In this document: piece by piece, positions 27,373 through 36,036 of the stretch
Layout: every line of letters starts with the position of its first letter
Position numbering within the stretch: position 1 is the stretch's first letter
Source of the DNA: a virus
Length of the DNA: 42,624 bases
Strand: one strand, 5' to 3'
UHGV virus genome: UHGV-0204464
The notes under the pieces: model-generated
The model's database searches: none
What the model saw: only the letters and a program-made list of their open reading frames with translations
What the model was told of the DNA's origin: nothing
Made by a program: the position numbers and the translations under genes

Positions 27373-27659
27373 CGGGCAAAGAGGCAATTATTCATTACCT
27401 GGGGACGCATAATAGCTTCTGTGCGCCGGACGTTGCCGCGCTAACAGGCGCAACAGTAACCAGCATAAATCAGGCCGCGGCTAAAATGGCACGGGCAGGT
27501 CTTCTGGTTATCGAAGGTAAGGTCTGGCGAACGGTGTATTACCGGTTTGCTACCAAGGAAGAACGGGAAGGAAAGATGAGCACGAACCTGATTTTTAAGG
27601 AGTGTCGCCAGAGTGCCACGATGAAACGGATATTGGCGGTATATGGAGTTAAAAGATGA
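27369..27659 (+). CDS. ren: Ren
   Basis: 96 aa matching lambda Ren (MTGKEAIIHYLGTHNSFCAPDVAALTG...). Confidence 0.9.
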   Translation: MTGKEAIIHYLGTHNSFCAPDVAALTGATVTSINQAAAKMARAGLLVIEGKVWRTVYYRFATKEEREGKMSTNLIFKECRQSATMKRILAVYGVKR

Positions 27660-27732
27660 CCATCTACATCACTGAGCTAATAACAGGCCTGCAGGTAATC
27701 GCAGGCCTTTTTATTTGGGGGAGAGGGAAGTC

Positions 27733-28173
27733 ATGAAAAAACTAACCTTTGAAATTCGATCTCCGGCACATCAGCAAAACGCTATTCACGCAGTACAGCA
27801 AATCCTTCCAGACCCAACCAAACCAATCGTAGTAACCATTCAGGAACGCAACCGCAGCTTAGACCAAAACAGGAAGCTATGGGCCTGCTTAGGTGACGTC
27901 TCTCGTCAGGTTGAATGGCATGGTCGCTGGCTGGATGCAGAAAGCTGGAAGTGTGTGTTTACCGCAGCATTAAAGCAGCAGGATGTTGTTCCTAACCTTG
28001 CCGGGAATGGCTTTGTGGTAATAGGCCAGTCAACCAGCAGGATGCGTGTAAGCGAATTTGCGGAGCTATTAGAGCTTATACAGGCATTCGGTACAGAGCG
28101 TGGCGTTAAGTGGTCAGACGAAGCGCGACTGGCTCTCGAATGGAAAGCGCGATGGGGAGATCGGGCTGCATGA
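27733..28173 (+). CDS. ninB: NinB (Orf) recombination mediator
   Basis: MKKLTFEIRSPAHQQNAIHAVQQILPDPTKPIVVTIQERNRSLDQNRKLWA... matches lambda NinB; start at internal ATG. Confidence 0.9.
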   Translation: MKKLTFEIRSPAHQQNAIHAVQQILPDPTKPIVVTIQERNRSLDQNRKLWACLGDVSRQVEWHGRWLDAESWKCVFTAALKQQDVVPNLAGNGFVVIGQSTSRMRVSEFAELLELIQAFGTERGVKWSDEARLALEWKARWGDRAA

Positions 28174-28697
28174 CTATCAAATCAAATACGCCAGCACACG
28201 ACAAGGACTGCTGGCAAACGCCGCTTTGGCTTTTTGATGCACTGGATATTGAGTTTGGATTCTGGCTGGATTCGGCAGCGAGCGACAAAAATGCTCTGTG
28301 CGCTCACTGGCTAACTGAGGACGACGACGCGCTCAATTCTGAGTGGGTAAGCCACGGTGCAATCTGGAATAACCCACCGTACAGCAATATCAGGCCGTGG
28401 GTGGAAAAAGCCGCTGAGCAGTGTATACAACAGCGACAGACGGTAGTGATGCTTGTGCCAGAGGATATGTCTGTCGGATGGTTCAGCAAGGCTCTGGAGA
28501 GTGTTGACGAAGTTCGCATCATCACTGATGGACGGATTAATTTTATCGAACCATCGACGGGGCTGGAGAAGAAGGGAAACAGCAAAGGTTCCATACTGCT
28601 GATTTGGCGACCGTTCATCAGTCCCCGGCGAATGTTTACTACCGTATCCAAAGCGGCATTGATGGCGATCGGGCAGGGCGTCAGGAGGGCGGAATGA
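28170..28697 (+). CDS. DNA N6-adenine methyltransferase (phage Dam-like, orphan)
   Basis: 175 aa from ATG overlapping ninB stop; NPPY motif (WNNPPYS); no adjacent restriction endonuclease gene. Confidence 0.7.
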   Translation: MTIKSNTPAHDKDCWQTPLWLFDALDIEFGFWLDSAASDKNALCAHWLTEDDDALNSEWVSHGAIWNNPPYSNIRPWVEKAAEQCIQQRQTVVMLVPEDMSVGWFSKALESVDEVRIITDGRINFIEPSTGLEKKGNSKGSILLIWRPFISPRRMFTTVSKAALMAIGQGVRRAE

Positions 28698-28876
28698 GGC
28701 GACAGCAACGAAGTATCACCGACATAATCTGCGAAAACTGCAAATACCTTCCAACGAAACGCTCCAGAAATAAACGCAAGCCAATCCCAAAAGAATCTGA
28801 CGTAAAAACCTTCAACTACACGGCTCACCTGTGGGATATCCGGTGGCTTAGAGAACGCGCGAGGAAAACAAGGTGA
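28694..28876 (+). CDS. ninE: NinE
   Basis: [60 protein letters not shown] matches lambda NinE. Confidence 0.85.
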   Translation: MRRQQRSITDIICENCKYLPTKRSRNKRKPIPKESDVKTFNYTAHLWDIRWLRERARKTR

Positions 28877-29043
28877 TTGACCAAAATCGAAGTTACGAAC
28901 AAGAAAGCGTCGAGCGGGCTTTAACGTGCGCTAACTGCGGTCAGAAGCTGCATGTGCTGGAAGTTCACGTGTGTGAGCACTGCTGCGCAGAGCTGATGAG
29001 CGATCCGAATAGCTCAATGTACGAGGAAGAAGACGATGAGTGA
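28873..29043 (+). CDS. ninF: NinF-like small Cys-rich protein (GTG start)
   Basis: GTG-initiated ORF (M)[47 protein letters not shown]...; overlaps ninE stop; not in the supplied track. Confidence 0.6.
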   Translation: MIDQNRSYEQESVERALTCANCGQKLHVLEVHVCEHCCAELMSDPNSSMYEEEDDE

Positions 29044-29248
29044 TTACCTGAAATGGTATCTCTGCCACCGCTGGCTAATTAAGTTTGCTGTAAAAGACTG
29101 GATGACAGCGGATGCCAACAAACTTAAGCAAAGAAAGGACTATTACTACGCCAGAATGAAGGAAAACTACTGCTCAATTCGCACTCGCATATTTATTAAA
29201 AAAGACCTTCAGTCAATTCTTCAATTGCGAGGGAAGGTAAATGGCTAA
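29036..29248 (+). CDS. Hypothetical nin-region protein
   Basis: 70-aa ORF with ATGA overlap to upstream gene. Confidence 0.45.
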   Translation: MSDYLKWYLCHRWLIKFAVKDWMTADANKLKQRKDYYYARMKENYCSIRTRIFIKKDLQSILQLRGKVNG

Positions 29249-29531
29249 CCTACGCAAAGAAGCGCGCGGCAGAGAATGCCAGGTACGTATTTACGGCGTA
29301 TGCAATGGAAATCCTGAAACTACAGTTCTGGCACATTACCGGATGGCTGGAATTTGTGGAACGGGGATGAAGCCTGACGACCTGATCGGTGCATGGGCTT
29401 GTAGTGACTGCCACGCGGAGATCGACCGACGCACAAGGATTCTCGACAACAAAGACGCCAGACTTTACCACCTCGAAGGCGTGATCAGGACGCAGGCGAT
29501 ACTGCTGAAGGAGGGGAAGATTAAGTCATGA
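29241..29531 (+). CDS. YbcO-like (DUF1364-type) Cys-rich protein
   Basis: 96 aa; ARGRECQVRIYGVCNGNPETTVLAHYR and CSDCHAEIDRR motifs resemble E. coli DLP12 YbcO from memory. Confidence 0.55.
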   Translation: MANLRKEARGRECQVRIYGVCNGNPETTVLAHYRMAGICGTGMKPDDLIGAWACSDCHAEIDRRTRILDNKDARLYHLEGVIRTQAILLKEGKIKS

Positions 29532-29890
29532 ACGAATATCAGTTTGTGCTTCCATACCCGCCGTCGGTGAACACCTACTGGCGAAGACGGGGAAGCCAAT
29601 ACTACATCAGCGATAAAGGAGAGAAATACCGAAAAGACGTTCAGCAAATCATCCGCCAACTCAAGTTAGACATTTTCACTAAATCACGACTCCGCATCAA
29701 AGTCATCGCAGACGTTCCAGACTCCCGCCGCCGCGACCTCGACAACATCCTGAAAGGTTTACTCGACTCCCTTATCCACGCCGGATTTGCGGAAGACGAC
29801 GAGCAATTCGATGACATTCGCGTAATTCGTGGCGTGAAAGTACCAGGCGGAAGGCTTGGAATAAAAATCACCGAACTGGAGAGCGTATGA
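29528..29890 (+). CDS. rusA: Holliday junction resolvase RusA
   Basis: 120 aa; LPYPPSVN..., DSRRRDLDNILKGLLD, GGRLGIKITEL motifs match RusA. Confidence 0.85.
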   Translation: MNEYQFVLPYPPSVNTYWRRRGSQYYISDKGEKYRKDVQQIIRQLKLDIFTKSRLRIKVIADVPDSRRRDLDNILKGLLDSLIHAGFAEDDEQFDDIRVIRGVKVPGGRLGIKITELESV

Positions 29891-30030
29891 ACAAAGCATT
29901 CGAACGATATATGCGCCAGCGTTATGGCAATCGCTACGATCTGACCCGCGATACTGGCGGTTTCTACTGCCGTGAGGTTGTGAAACGAATGTTTGAAGTG
30001 TGGTGTCATTGCAAAGGATGGGAGATCTGA
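29887..30030 (+). CDS. Hypothetical small protein (47 aa)
   Basis: ATG overlaps rusA stop; stop adjoins candidate Q start; not in the supplied track. Confidence 0.3.
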   Translation: MNKAFERYMRQRYGNRYDLTRDTGGFYCREVVKRMFEVWCHCKGWEI

Positions 30031-30644
30031 TGCGGTTAACTCCAGTATTCAGCATGGTTAACTTCATTAATGACGCGCACTTTCGCCGCGTATGGAGACA
30101 CCCGAAGAAAACCATCAACTCTAGCCAGAAAGCATGGGTTCATTACATGTTACAGGTATGGGGCAAGGTTAATGCCGGAGATTGCTCTCCAGGTGGTGCA
30201 ATTAACGTTATCGGTCGTCTGATGATTCGCAGTCAGTGGAGCGATGACAAGGCTAAGCAGATAGAGTCTGTCGTCATGCGCCTGTACGAAGAAGATGGGC
30301 TGCGCGGAGATGTGCTATACAAGAAAGCTCGCGAACTGGTCATTCCTCAATCATCGTTTAGCCACATCATCACTCTCGCCAAAGAATCAGATGATGCGGC
30401 TTTCGTTGAACGTGTGATGGTCAAGACTTTTCACCGTGAAAGCCCCGTCCGCGATGTAGCTATTAAGCGATATTGCAATCGCAATTGCACGCAAGATATA
30501 GCCAGGATGATTTCTTATATAACAGGTGCTGATATTCAATATTGTCGTAAGCGAGTGGTGTGGTGTGAGAAAGTGCTGGAGTCAGAAATGTTTTATGCAA
30601 TGAAACGAGAATTGGAGAAAGAATTTCCATTGATAGCGGCCTGA
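30030..30644 (+). CDS. Putative late-gene antiterminator (Q position)
   Basis: ORF between rusA and the PR'/tR'/lysis region; start ambiguous (30000 or 30030); no zinc-finger motif like lambda Q recognised. Confidence 0.5.
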   Translation: MRLTPVFSMVNFINDAHFRRVWRHPKKTINSSQKAWVHYMLQVWGKVNAGDCSPGGAINVIGRLMIRSQWSDDKAKQIESVVMRLYEEDGLRGDVLYKKARELVIPQSSFSHIITLAKESDDAAFVERVMVKTFHRESPVRDVAIKRYCNRNCTQDIARMISYITGADIQYCRKRVVWCEKVLESEMFYAMKRELEKEFPLIAA

Positions 30645-30737
30645 ACTGAAATAATTTTGTAAATGCGTTGCTTCCGAGAAATGAAAGTGGTATTTTTCGT
30701 ATATGCTCGGAGCAAAAGCGAACTGAGCAGCGAAATT

Positions 30738-30790
30738 GAAATCCTGATTTCCCCGGTTGCCGATAATATTTAGGGTCGACATACTGGCTA
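30738..30790 (+). promoter_or_regulatory. Candidate late promoter PR'
   Basis: TTGAAA-18-GATAAT or TTGCCG-17-CATACT, 15-60 bp upstream of the tR' hairpin. Confidence 0.3.
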
Positions 30791-30802
30791 GATTAGGTAA
30801 GA

Positions 30803-30835
30803 GCCTCGGCATAAACGTCGGGGCTTTTTTGTTTG
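30803..30835 (+). terminator. tR'-like rho-independent terminator
   Basis: GCCTCGGC-ATAAAC-GTCGGGGC hairpin followed by TTTTTTGTTTG. Confidence 0.55.
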
Positions 30836-31119
30836 CACAACAGGTAAGTGCATTTGTAGAGTTCGACTCTCTACCGTGGGCTTTTTCCCGCGATGCGAGC
30901 CATAAGTGCTCTTTCCGTTGTGCTGAATTAAGCGAATGCCGGAAGCAGAACCGGATCACCAAATGCGTACAGGCGTCATCGCCGCCCAGCAACAGCACAA
31001 CCCAAACTGAGCCGTAGCCACTGGCTATCCTGAACTCATCAGTGATAGTTACGCTGCGGCCTTCTTTCCCCCTTCCCAATATAAGAACTACGCAATCCGT
31101 TACTGGCGGAGGCGTTGCT

Positions 31120-31335
31120 ATGAAATCAATGGACAAAATCTCAACTGGCATTGCCTACGGAACATCCGCTGGTAGTGCGGGATACTGGTTTTTGCAGTGG
31201 TTGGATCAGGTCAGTCCATCACAGTGGGCTGCGATTGGAGTGCTTGGAAGCCTTGTGTTGGGCTTTCTCACCTATCTGACAAATCTGTACTTCAAAATCA
31301 GAGAAGACAGAAGAAAGGCTGCGAGAGGTGAATAA
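31120..31335 (+). CDS. Class II holin / pinholin (phage 21 S21-like) with dual start MKSM
   Basis: [71 protein letters not shown] matches S21 from memory; two TM segments. Confidence 0.8.
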   Translation: MKSMDKISTGIAYGTSAGSAGYWFLQWLDQVSPSQWAAIGVLGSLVLGFLTYLTNLYFKIREDRRKAARGE

Positions 31336-31832
31336 TGCCTCCATCATTACGAAAAGCCGTTGCTGCTGCTATTGGTGGCGGGGCTATTGCTATAGCATCT
31401 GTGTTAATCACTGGCCCAAGTGGTAACGATGGTCTGGAAGGTGTGAGACATAATCCTTACAAAGACATAGTTGGTGTATGGACTGTATGTTACGGGCATA
31501 CAGGAAAAGACATCATTCCCAGTAAAACGTATACCGAAGCAGAATGCAAAGCCCTCCTGAATAAAGACCTTGCCACGGTCGCCAGACAAATTAACCCGTA
31601 CATCAAAGTCGATATACCGGAAACAACGCGCGGCGCTCTTTACTCGTTCGTCTACAACGTGGGGGCTGGCAATTTCAGAACATCGACGCTTCTTCGCAAA
31701 ATAAACCAGGGCGATATCAAAGGCGCATGTGACCAGCTACGTCGCTGGACATACGCTGGCGGTAAGCAATGGAAAGGGCTGATGACCCGTCGTGATATTG
31801 AGCGTGAAGTCTGTTTGTGGGGGCAGCAATGA
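31335..31832 (+). CDS. SAR endolysin (signal-anchor-release lysozyme)
   Basis: 165 aa; N-terminal Gly/Ala-rich SAR domain ([20 protein letters not shown]) then lysozyme-like domain; overlaps holin stop. Confidence 0.85.
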   Translation: MPPSLRKAVAAAIGGGAIAIASVLITGPSGNDGLEGVRHNPYKDIVGVWTVCYGHTGKDIIPSKTYTEAECKALLNKDLATVARQINPYIKVDIPETTRGALYSFVYNVGAGNFRTSTLLRKINQGDIKGACDQLRRWTYAGGKQWKGLMTRRDIEREVCLWGQQ

Positions 31833-32266
31833 GCAGGGTAACCGCGATTATCTCCGCTCTGGTTATCTGCATCATCGTCTGCCTGTCATGGGCTGTTAAT
31901 CATTACCGTGATAACGCCATTACCTACAAAGAGCAGCGCGATAAAGCCACATCCATCATCGCTGATATGCAGAAGCGTCAACGTGATGTAGCAGAACTCG
32001 ACGCCAGATACACAAAGGAGCTTGCTGATGCTAACGCGACTATCGAAAGTCTCCGTGCTGATGTTTCTGCTGGTCGTAAGCGCCTGCAAGTCGCCGCCAC
32101 CTGTGCAAAGTCAACGACCGGAGCCAGCAGCATGGGCGATGGAGAAAGCCCAAGACTTACAGCAGATGCTGAACTCAATTATTACCGTCTCAGAAGTGGA
32201 ATCGACAGGATAACCGCGCAGGTTAGCTACCTGCAGGAATACATCAGGACGCAATGCCTGAAATGA
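31829..32266 (+). CDS. i-spanin Rz
   Basis: N-terminal TM ([20 protein letters not shown]) then coiled-coil periplasmic domain; ATGA overlap with endolysin stop. Confidence 0.7.
   Translation: MSRVTAIISALVICIIVCLSWAVNHYRDNAITYKEQRDKATSIIADMQKRQRDVAELDARYTKELADANATIESLRADVSAGRKRLQVAATCAKSTTGASSMGDGESPRLTADAELNYYRLRSGIDRITAQVSYLQEYIRTQCLK
32022..32213 (+). CDS. o-spanin Rz1 embedded in Rz (+1 frame)
   Basis: Signal peptide plus lipobox (LLVVSAC) followed by Pro-rich mature part; wholly inside Rz. Confidence 0.6.
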   Translation: MLMLTRLSKVSVLMFLLVVSACKSPPPVQSQRPEPAAWAMEKAQDLQQMLNSIITVSEVESTG

Positions 32267-32301
32267 TCGGGCGATGAAAACCAAAAAAACAGGAGCAATA
32301 T

Positions 32302-32577
32302 ATGACTAAGCTTTATCACCGCATCTCAACTTTTCTCTCTGGGTGCTGGGCGTTTATCACGTCTATTTCGTTCGCCATCTTTAGTTTCGGTAGCACAGCA
32401 TGCTCGCTTAGTCGGGGTATGTGGCGTGCTATTTCAGCACTAGCGCCGAAATTTTTACCTGAAAAGGCTGTTTGGCGAATTGTAGAGCGAATGTGTAGTG
32501 AGAGCGTTCGCGAGAAGATTAACGTATTTGGACGTCATCCTCGAAATACAGGCGCATTGTGCAGTTCGTTACTGTAG
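32302..32577 (+). CDS. Hypothetical protein (moron region)
   Basis: 91-aa ORF; hydrophobic N-terminal half. Confidence 0.35.
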   Translation: MTKLYHRISTFLSGCWAFITSISFAIFSFGSTACSLSRGMWRAISALAPKFLPEKAVWRIVERMCSESVREKINVFGRHPRNTGALCSSLL

Positions 32578-32986
32578 TCATTACAAAGCCCATCAATGGG
32601 TGGGCTTGATAATGAAACCGGAATTTATTCTGGGCAACCAGTTACGGCAGTACCGCGAAACAACCCAAGCCAGTAAGTGGGGAAATAACACTGGCAGCCA
32701 CTGAAAGATGAACCTCCTGCCTTATGGCAAAAAAGATTCTTTGTGGTGGCGGACTGATGGAAAGACATCCGCTGAATCGATAACGAACAAGTGGAAGATG
32801 TTGCGATGGTTTCCGTAAACAAAGACCAGAAGGAAGGCGTTGAATATATCACTGGTGCTGATGGTGTGAAAAGGCCAATGGCTTATTACAAAGCGGCTGA
32901 AGAGAGGGCAAGAATGGAAAATCCCCCTAAATGCGGATCATTTTTCGACATACTGGACCTTCAATGGAAGTTGTGAACAACTAACA

Positions 32987-33010
32987 GGTCGCCCAGGCGG
33001 CCTTTTTTAT
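32987..33010 (+). terminator. Candidate rho-independent terminator
   Basis: GGTCGCC-CAGG-CGGCC hairpin (one G-U pair) followed by TTTTTTATT. Confidence 0.45.
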
Positions 33011-33115
33011 TGCTATCACAAAAGCCATTCCTTACTGAGTGGCTTTGATAATGGCTTATACCCTACACGGGATAACTTAACTGATATCCCTTTTAACGGA
33101 TAAACGGAGCCAACA

Positions 33116-33358
33116 ATGGCAGAGATTATTCCCATGACTGAAGAACAGAAATTCCAGTTAGAGATTTACAAACTGGTCATGAACCAGAACGCAGCCGCAG
33201 AAGAAGCATTTCAATTCATTGGCACTGACGAACTGAAGCTTGAGCTATTCAAAATTCACTTCCAGTCAGGCGGCGCTAATTCGGATATCACAACCCGCAC
33301 TATCGAAGCGGTGCGTAAATCGAAGGAAGCGTTAGACCTGTTCACCACCGGAGCATGA
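33116..33358 (+). CDS. Hypothetical protein
   Basis: 80-aa ORF upstream of terminase module. Confidence 0.45.
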   Translation: MAEIIPMTEEQKFQLEIYKLVMNQNAAAEEAFQFIGTDELKLELFKIHFQSGGANSDITTRTIEAVRKSKEALDLFTTGA

Positions 33359-33359
33359 T

Positions 33360-33539
33360 GTGAGCCGCGTAATCAATTTGGGTAAGGAGAAGAAATTCCC
33401 AATTACTCAAGAGCTATACGAGAGGCTGGAAAGCGTCATCCATGATTACGATGGTGAAATCAGTTTATGCGAGGCGATTGGCACACTCGAATTGCTGAAG
33501 CAGTCACTGATTGAAGGCGCGAAAGAGTCCTCAACCTGA
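33360..33539 (+). CDS. Hypothetical small protein (GTG start)
   Basis: 59-codon GTG-initiated ORF immediately after upstream stop; not in the supplied track. Confidence 0.25.
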   Translation: MSRVINLGKEKKFPITQELYERLESVIHDYDGEISLCEAIGTLELLKQSLIEGAKESST

Positions 33540-33602
33540 AATGACAATTAAGTGAGATGAATATGGCAGCACTCAACATGCTGCCTTTTATCGTTGATTA
33601 GT

Positions 33603-33842
33603 TTAACCGCGAGCTTCACGACCGTTTTCGTCTTCAGGCACACGGAAACGCCAGTACTTATCTGGCTTAACCCAAACAACACTTTCACCGCTATCAACCC
33701 TGAATTTATTAATCACTTTTGTTGATAGCGCTTGGTTGCCATCCGCATTTTCTTTGAGGTGCTGCTCGTTATGTTGTTTAACGAGATAATCCACAACATC
33801 CTGCTGATAAAGGCAACCCTCTGTTGATAAAACGGACATCAT
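33603..33842 (-). CDS. Hypothetical protein (antisense moron, downstream partner)
   Basis: 79-aa ORF on minus strand; no obvious SD; basic C-terminus. Confidence 0.4.
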   Translation of the reverse strand: MMSVLSTEGCLYQQDVVDYLVKQHNEQHLKENADGNQALSTKVINKFRVDSGESVVWVKPDKYWRFRVPEDENGREARG

Positions 33843-33886
33843 CCATGATGAAATATCATCAAGAGTTAAGGTTGGTGTGTTTGGGA

Positions 33887-34069
33887 CTATGGCTTTGGGG
33901 TAACGCGCTCAAGAGATTCCGGTTTGAAATATCCTTGCTCAAGCTTCTTGCCAGCAAACCATTGACAAAGAAAAGAGTTACCGTGGGTAGATGAAAATGA
34001 CCTGATAGTCATGTCAGGTCCGCCTGATTTCAGTTTAACAATGTCACCTGTTTTAAAGTCATCGTTCAT
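33887..34069 (-). CDS. YodC/DUF2158-like small protein
   Basis: 60 aa from ATG at 34069 with strong AAGGAG RBS; motif GDIVKLKSGGPDMTI; the track ORF start at 34102 would overlap the terminase gene. Confidence 0.5.
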   Translation of the reverse strand: MNDDFKTGDIVKLKSGGPDMTIRSFSSTHGNSFLCQWFAGKKLEQGYFKPESLERVTPKP

Positions 34070-34095
34070 AACAATCTCCTTATGGGAAGTAAAAA

Positions 34096-34623
34096 ATGGC
34101 ACTCACCGACAAACAAGAAATGTTCTGTCGCGAGTACCTCATCGATTTAAATGCCACGCAAGCGGCTATTCGGGCGGGGTACAGCGCAAAGACAGCTAAC
34201 CGTACCGCATCCGAAAACCTGTCAAAACCTGATATCAAGTTAAGAATCTCCGAACTGAAAGCGCAACGCAATGATCTTGTTGGTATTAATGCAGAATATG
34301 TACTTAATCGCCTTATTGAAATCGACCAGATGGATGTGCTCGACATTCTCCTGCAAAACGGCGAGTTAAAGCCAATTAAAGACTGGCCTAAGGTATGGCG
34401 CACAACGCTATCAGGAATGGATGTCGTGGAGATGGTATCCGCAGATAGCGCCGCACTTCTGAAGAAAATCAAATGGCCTGATAAGGTTAAAAACCTCGAA
34501 CTTCTTGGTAAGCATGTTTCTGTTCAGGCGTTTAAAGAACAAGCTTCTCACGAATTAACAGGCAAAGACGGCGGCGCAATCCAGATTGAAACATCACCGA
34601 TGAGCACTCTATTCGGAAAATGA
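34096..34623 (+). CDS. Terminase small subunit
   Basis: 175 aa; N-terminal KQEMFCREYLIDLNATQAAIRAGYS typical of a small terminase family; precedes large terminase with ATGA overlap. Confidence 0.8.
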   Translation: MALTDKQEMFCREYLIDLNATQAAIRAGYSAKTANRTASENLSKPDIKLRISELKAQRNDLVGINAEYVLNRLIEIDQMDVLDILLQNGELKPIKDWPKVWRTTLSGMDVVEMVSADSAALLKKIKWPDKVKNLELLGKHVSVQAFKEQASHELTGKDGGAIQIETSPMSTLFGK

Positions 34624-36035
34624 CCTCGATTAATCCTATCTTTGAACCGTTCATTGAGGCGCATCGCTACAAAGTCGCCAAAGGCGGTCGAGGTAGCGGT
34701 AAGTCATGGGCAATTGCGAGGCTGCTTGTTGAAGCGGCGCGTCGGCAGCCAGTGCGTATTCTTTGCGCTCGTGAACTGCAAAACAGTATCAGCGATTCGG
34801 TAATCCGGTTGCTTGAAGACACCATAGAGCGGGAAGGGTATTCGGCTGAGTTTGAAATTCAGCGTTCAATGATTCGTCATCTCGGAACGAATGCTGAATT
34901 CATGTTCTACGGCATAAAAAACAACCCGACGAAGATTAAATCGCTCGAAGGCATTGATATCTGCTGGGTGGAAGAAGCGGAAGCGGTAACGAAGGAGTCA
35001 TGGGATATCCTGATACCAACCATCCGTAAGCCGTTTTCCGAAATATGGGTGAGCTTTAACCCGAAGAACATCCTCGACGATACCTATCAGCGATTCGTCG
35101 TAAATCCTCCTGATGATATTTGTCTGCTGACGGTGAACTACACCGACAACCCGCACTTTCCTGAAGTTCTCCGTCTGGAGATGGAAGAGTGTAAACGCAG
35201 AAATCCGACACTGTATCGTCACATCTGGCTTGGTGAGCCAGTAAGCGCAAGTGATATGGCAATCATCAAACGTGAATGGCTTGAAGCCGCAACCGATGCG
35301 CACAAGAAACTCGGATGGAAAGCGAAAGGCGCGGTTGTCTCTGCGCATGACCCGTCAGATACAGGGCCAGATGCTAAAGGTTACGCATCGCGTCACGGTT
35401 CGGTGGTTAAGCGCATTGCCGAAGGCCTGCTGATGGACATCAACGAGGGTGCTGACTGGGCTACTTCGCTGGCGATTGAAGACGGCGCTGACCACTACCT
35501 GTGGGATGGCGATGGTGTCGGTGCCGGGCTACGCAGACAGACAACGGAAGCGTTCTCCGGCAAGAAAATCACCGCCACGATGTTCAAGGGCAGCGAATCG
35601 CCATTCGATGAAGATGCTCCGTATCAGGCCGGAGCATGGGCTGATGAAGTCGTACAGGGCGACAACGTTCGCACTATTGGCGATGTATTCCGCAATAAGC
35701 GAGCGCAATTCTATTACGCGCTGGCTGACAGGCTGTATCTGACATATCGGGCGGTTGTCCACGGTGAGTATGCAGACCCCGACGACATGCTGAGTTTCGA
35801 CAAAGAAGTGATAGGCGAGAAGATGCTGGAGAAGCTGTTTGCAGAACTGACGCAGATTCAGCGCAAATTCAATAATAACGGGAAGCTGGAGCTTATGACT
35901 AAGGTCGAAATGAAGCAGAAGCTCGGTATTCCATCTCCTAACCTGGCTGATGCACTGATGATGTGTATGCATTGCCCGGAGTCGGCTGCGCAACCCGACT
36001 ATTCCAGTTACTCAATTCCTTGTGGTGTAGGTTGA
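34620..36035 (+). CDS. Terminase large subunit
   Basis: 471 aa; Walker A KGGRGSGKS; ATPase plus nuclease architecture; synteny. Confidence 0.9.
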   Translation: MTSINPIFEPFIEAHRYKVAKGGRGSGKSWAIARLLVEAARRQPVRILCARELQNSISDSVIRLLEDTIEREGYSAEFEIQRSMIRHLGTNAEFMFYGIKNNPTKIKSLEGIDICWVEEAEAVTKESWDILIPTIRKPFSEIWVSFNPKNILDDTYQRFVVNPPDDICLLTVNYTDNPHFPEVLRLEMEECKRRNPTLYRHIWLGEPVSASDMAIIKREWLEAATDAHKKLGWKAKGAVVSAHDPSDTGPDAKGYASRHGSVVKRIAEGLLMDINEGADWATSLAIEDGADHYLWDGDGVGAGLRRQTTEAFSGKKITATMFKGSESPFDEDAPYQAGAWADEVVQGDNVRTIGDVFRNKRAQFYYALADRLYLTYRAVVHGEYADPDDMLSFDKEVIGEKMLEKLFAELTQIQRKFNNNGKLELMTKVEMKQKLGIPSPNLADALMMCMHCPESAAQPDYSSYSIPCGVG

Positions 36036-36036
36036 T

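Noticed and set aside
30757-31017. 86-aa + strand ORF between tR' and holin
   Set aside because: Starts within the terminator hairpin region; no RBS; region is expected to be the untranslated late leader
35529-35993. 154-aa minus-strand ORF inside the large terminase gene
   Set aside because: Antisense to a gene with clear Walker A and conserved architecture
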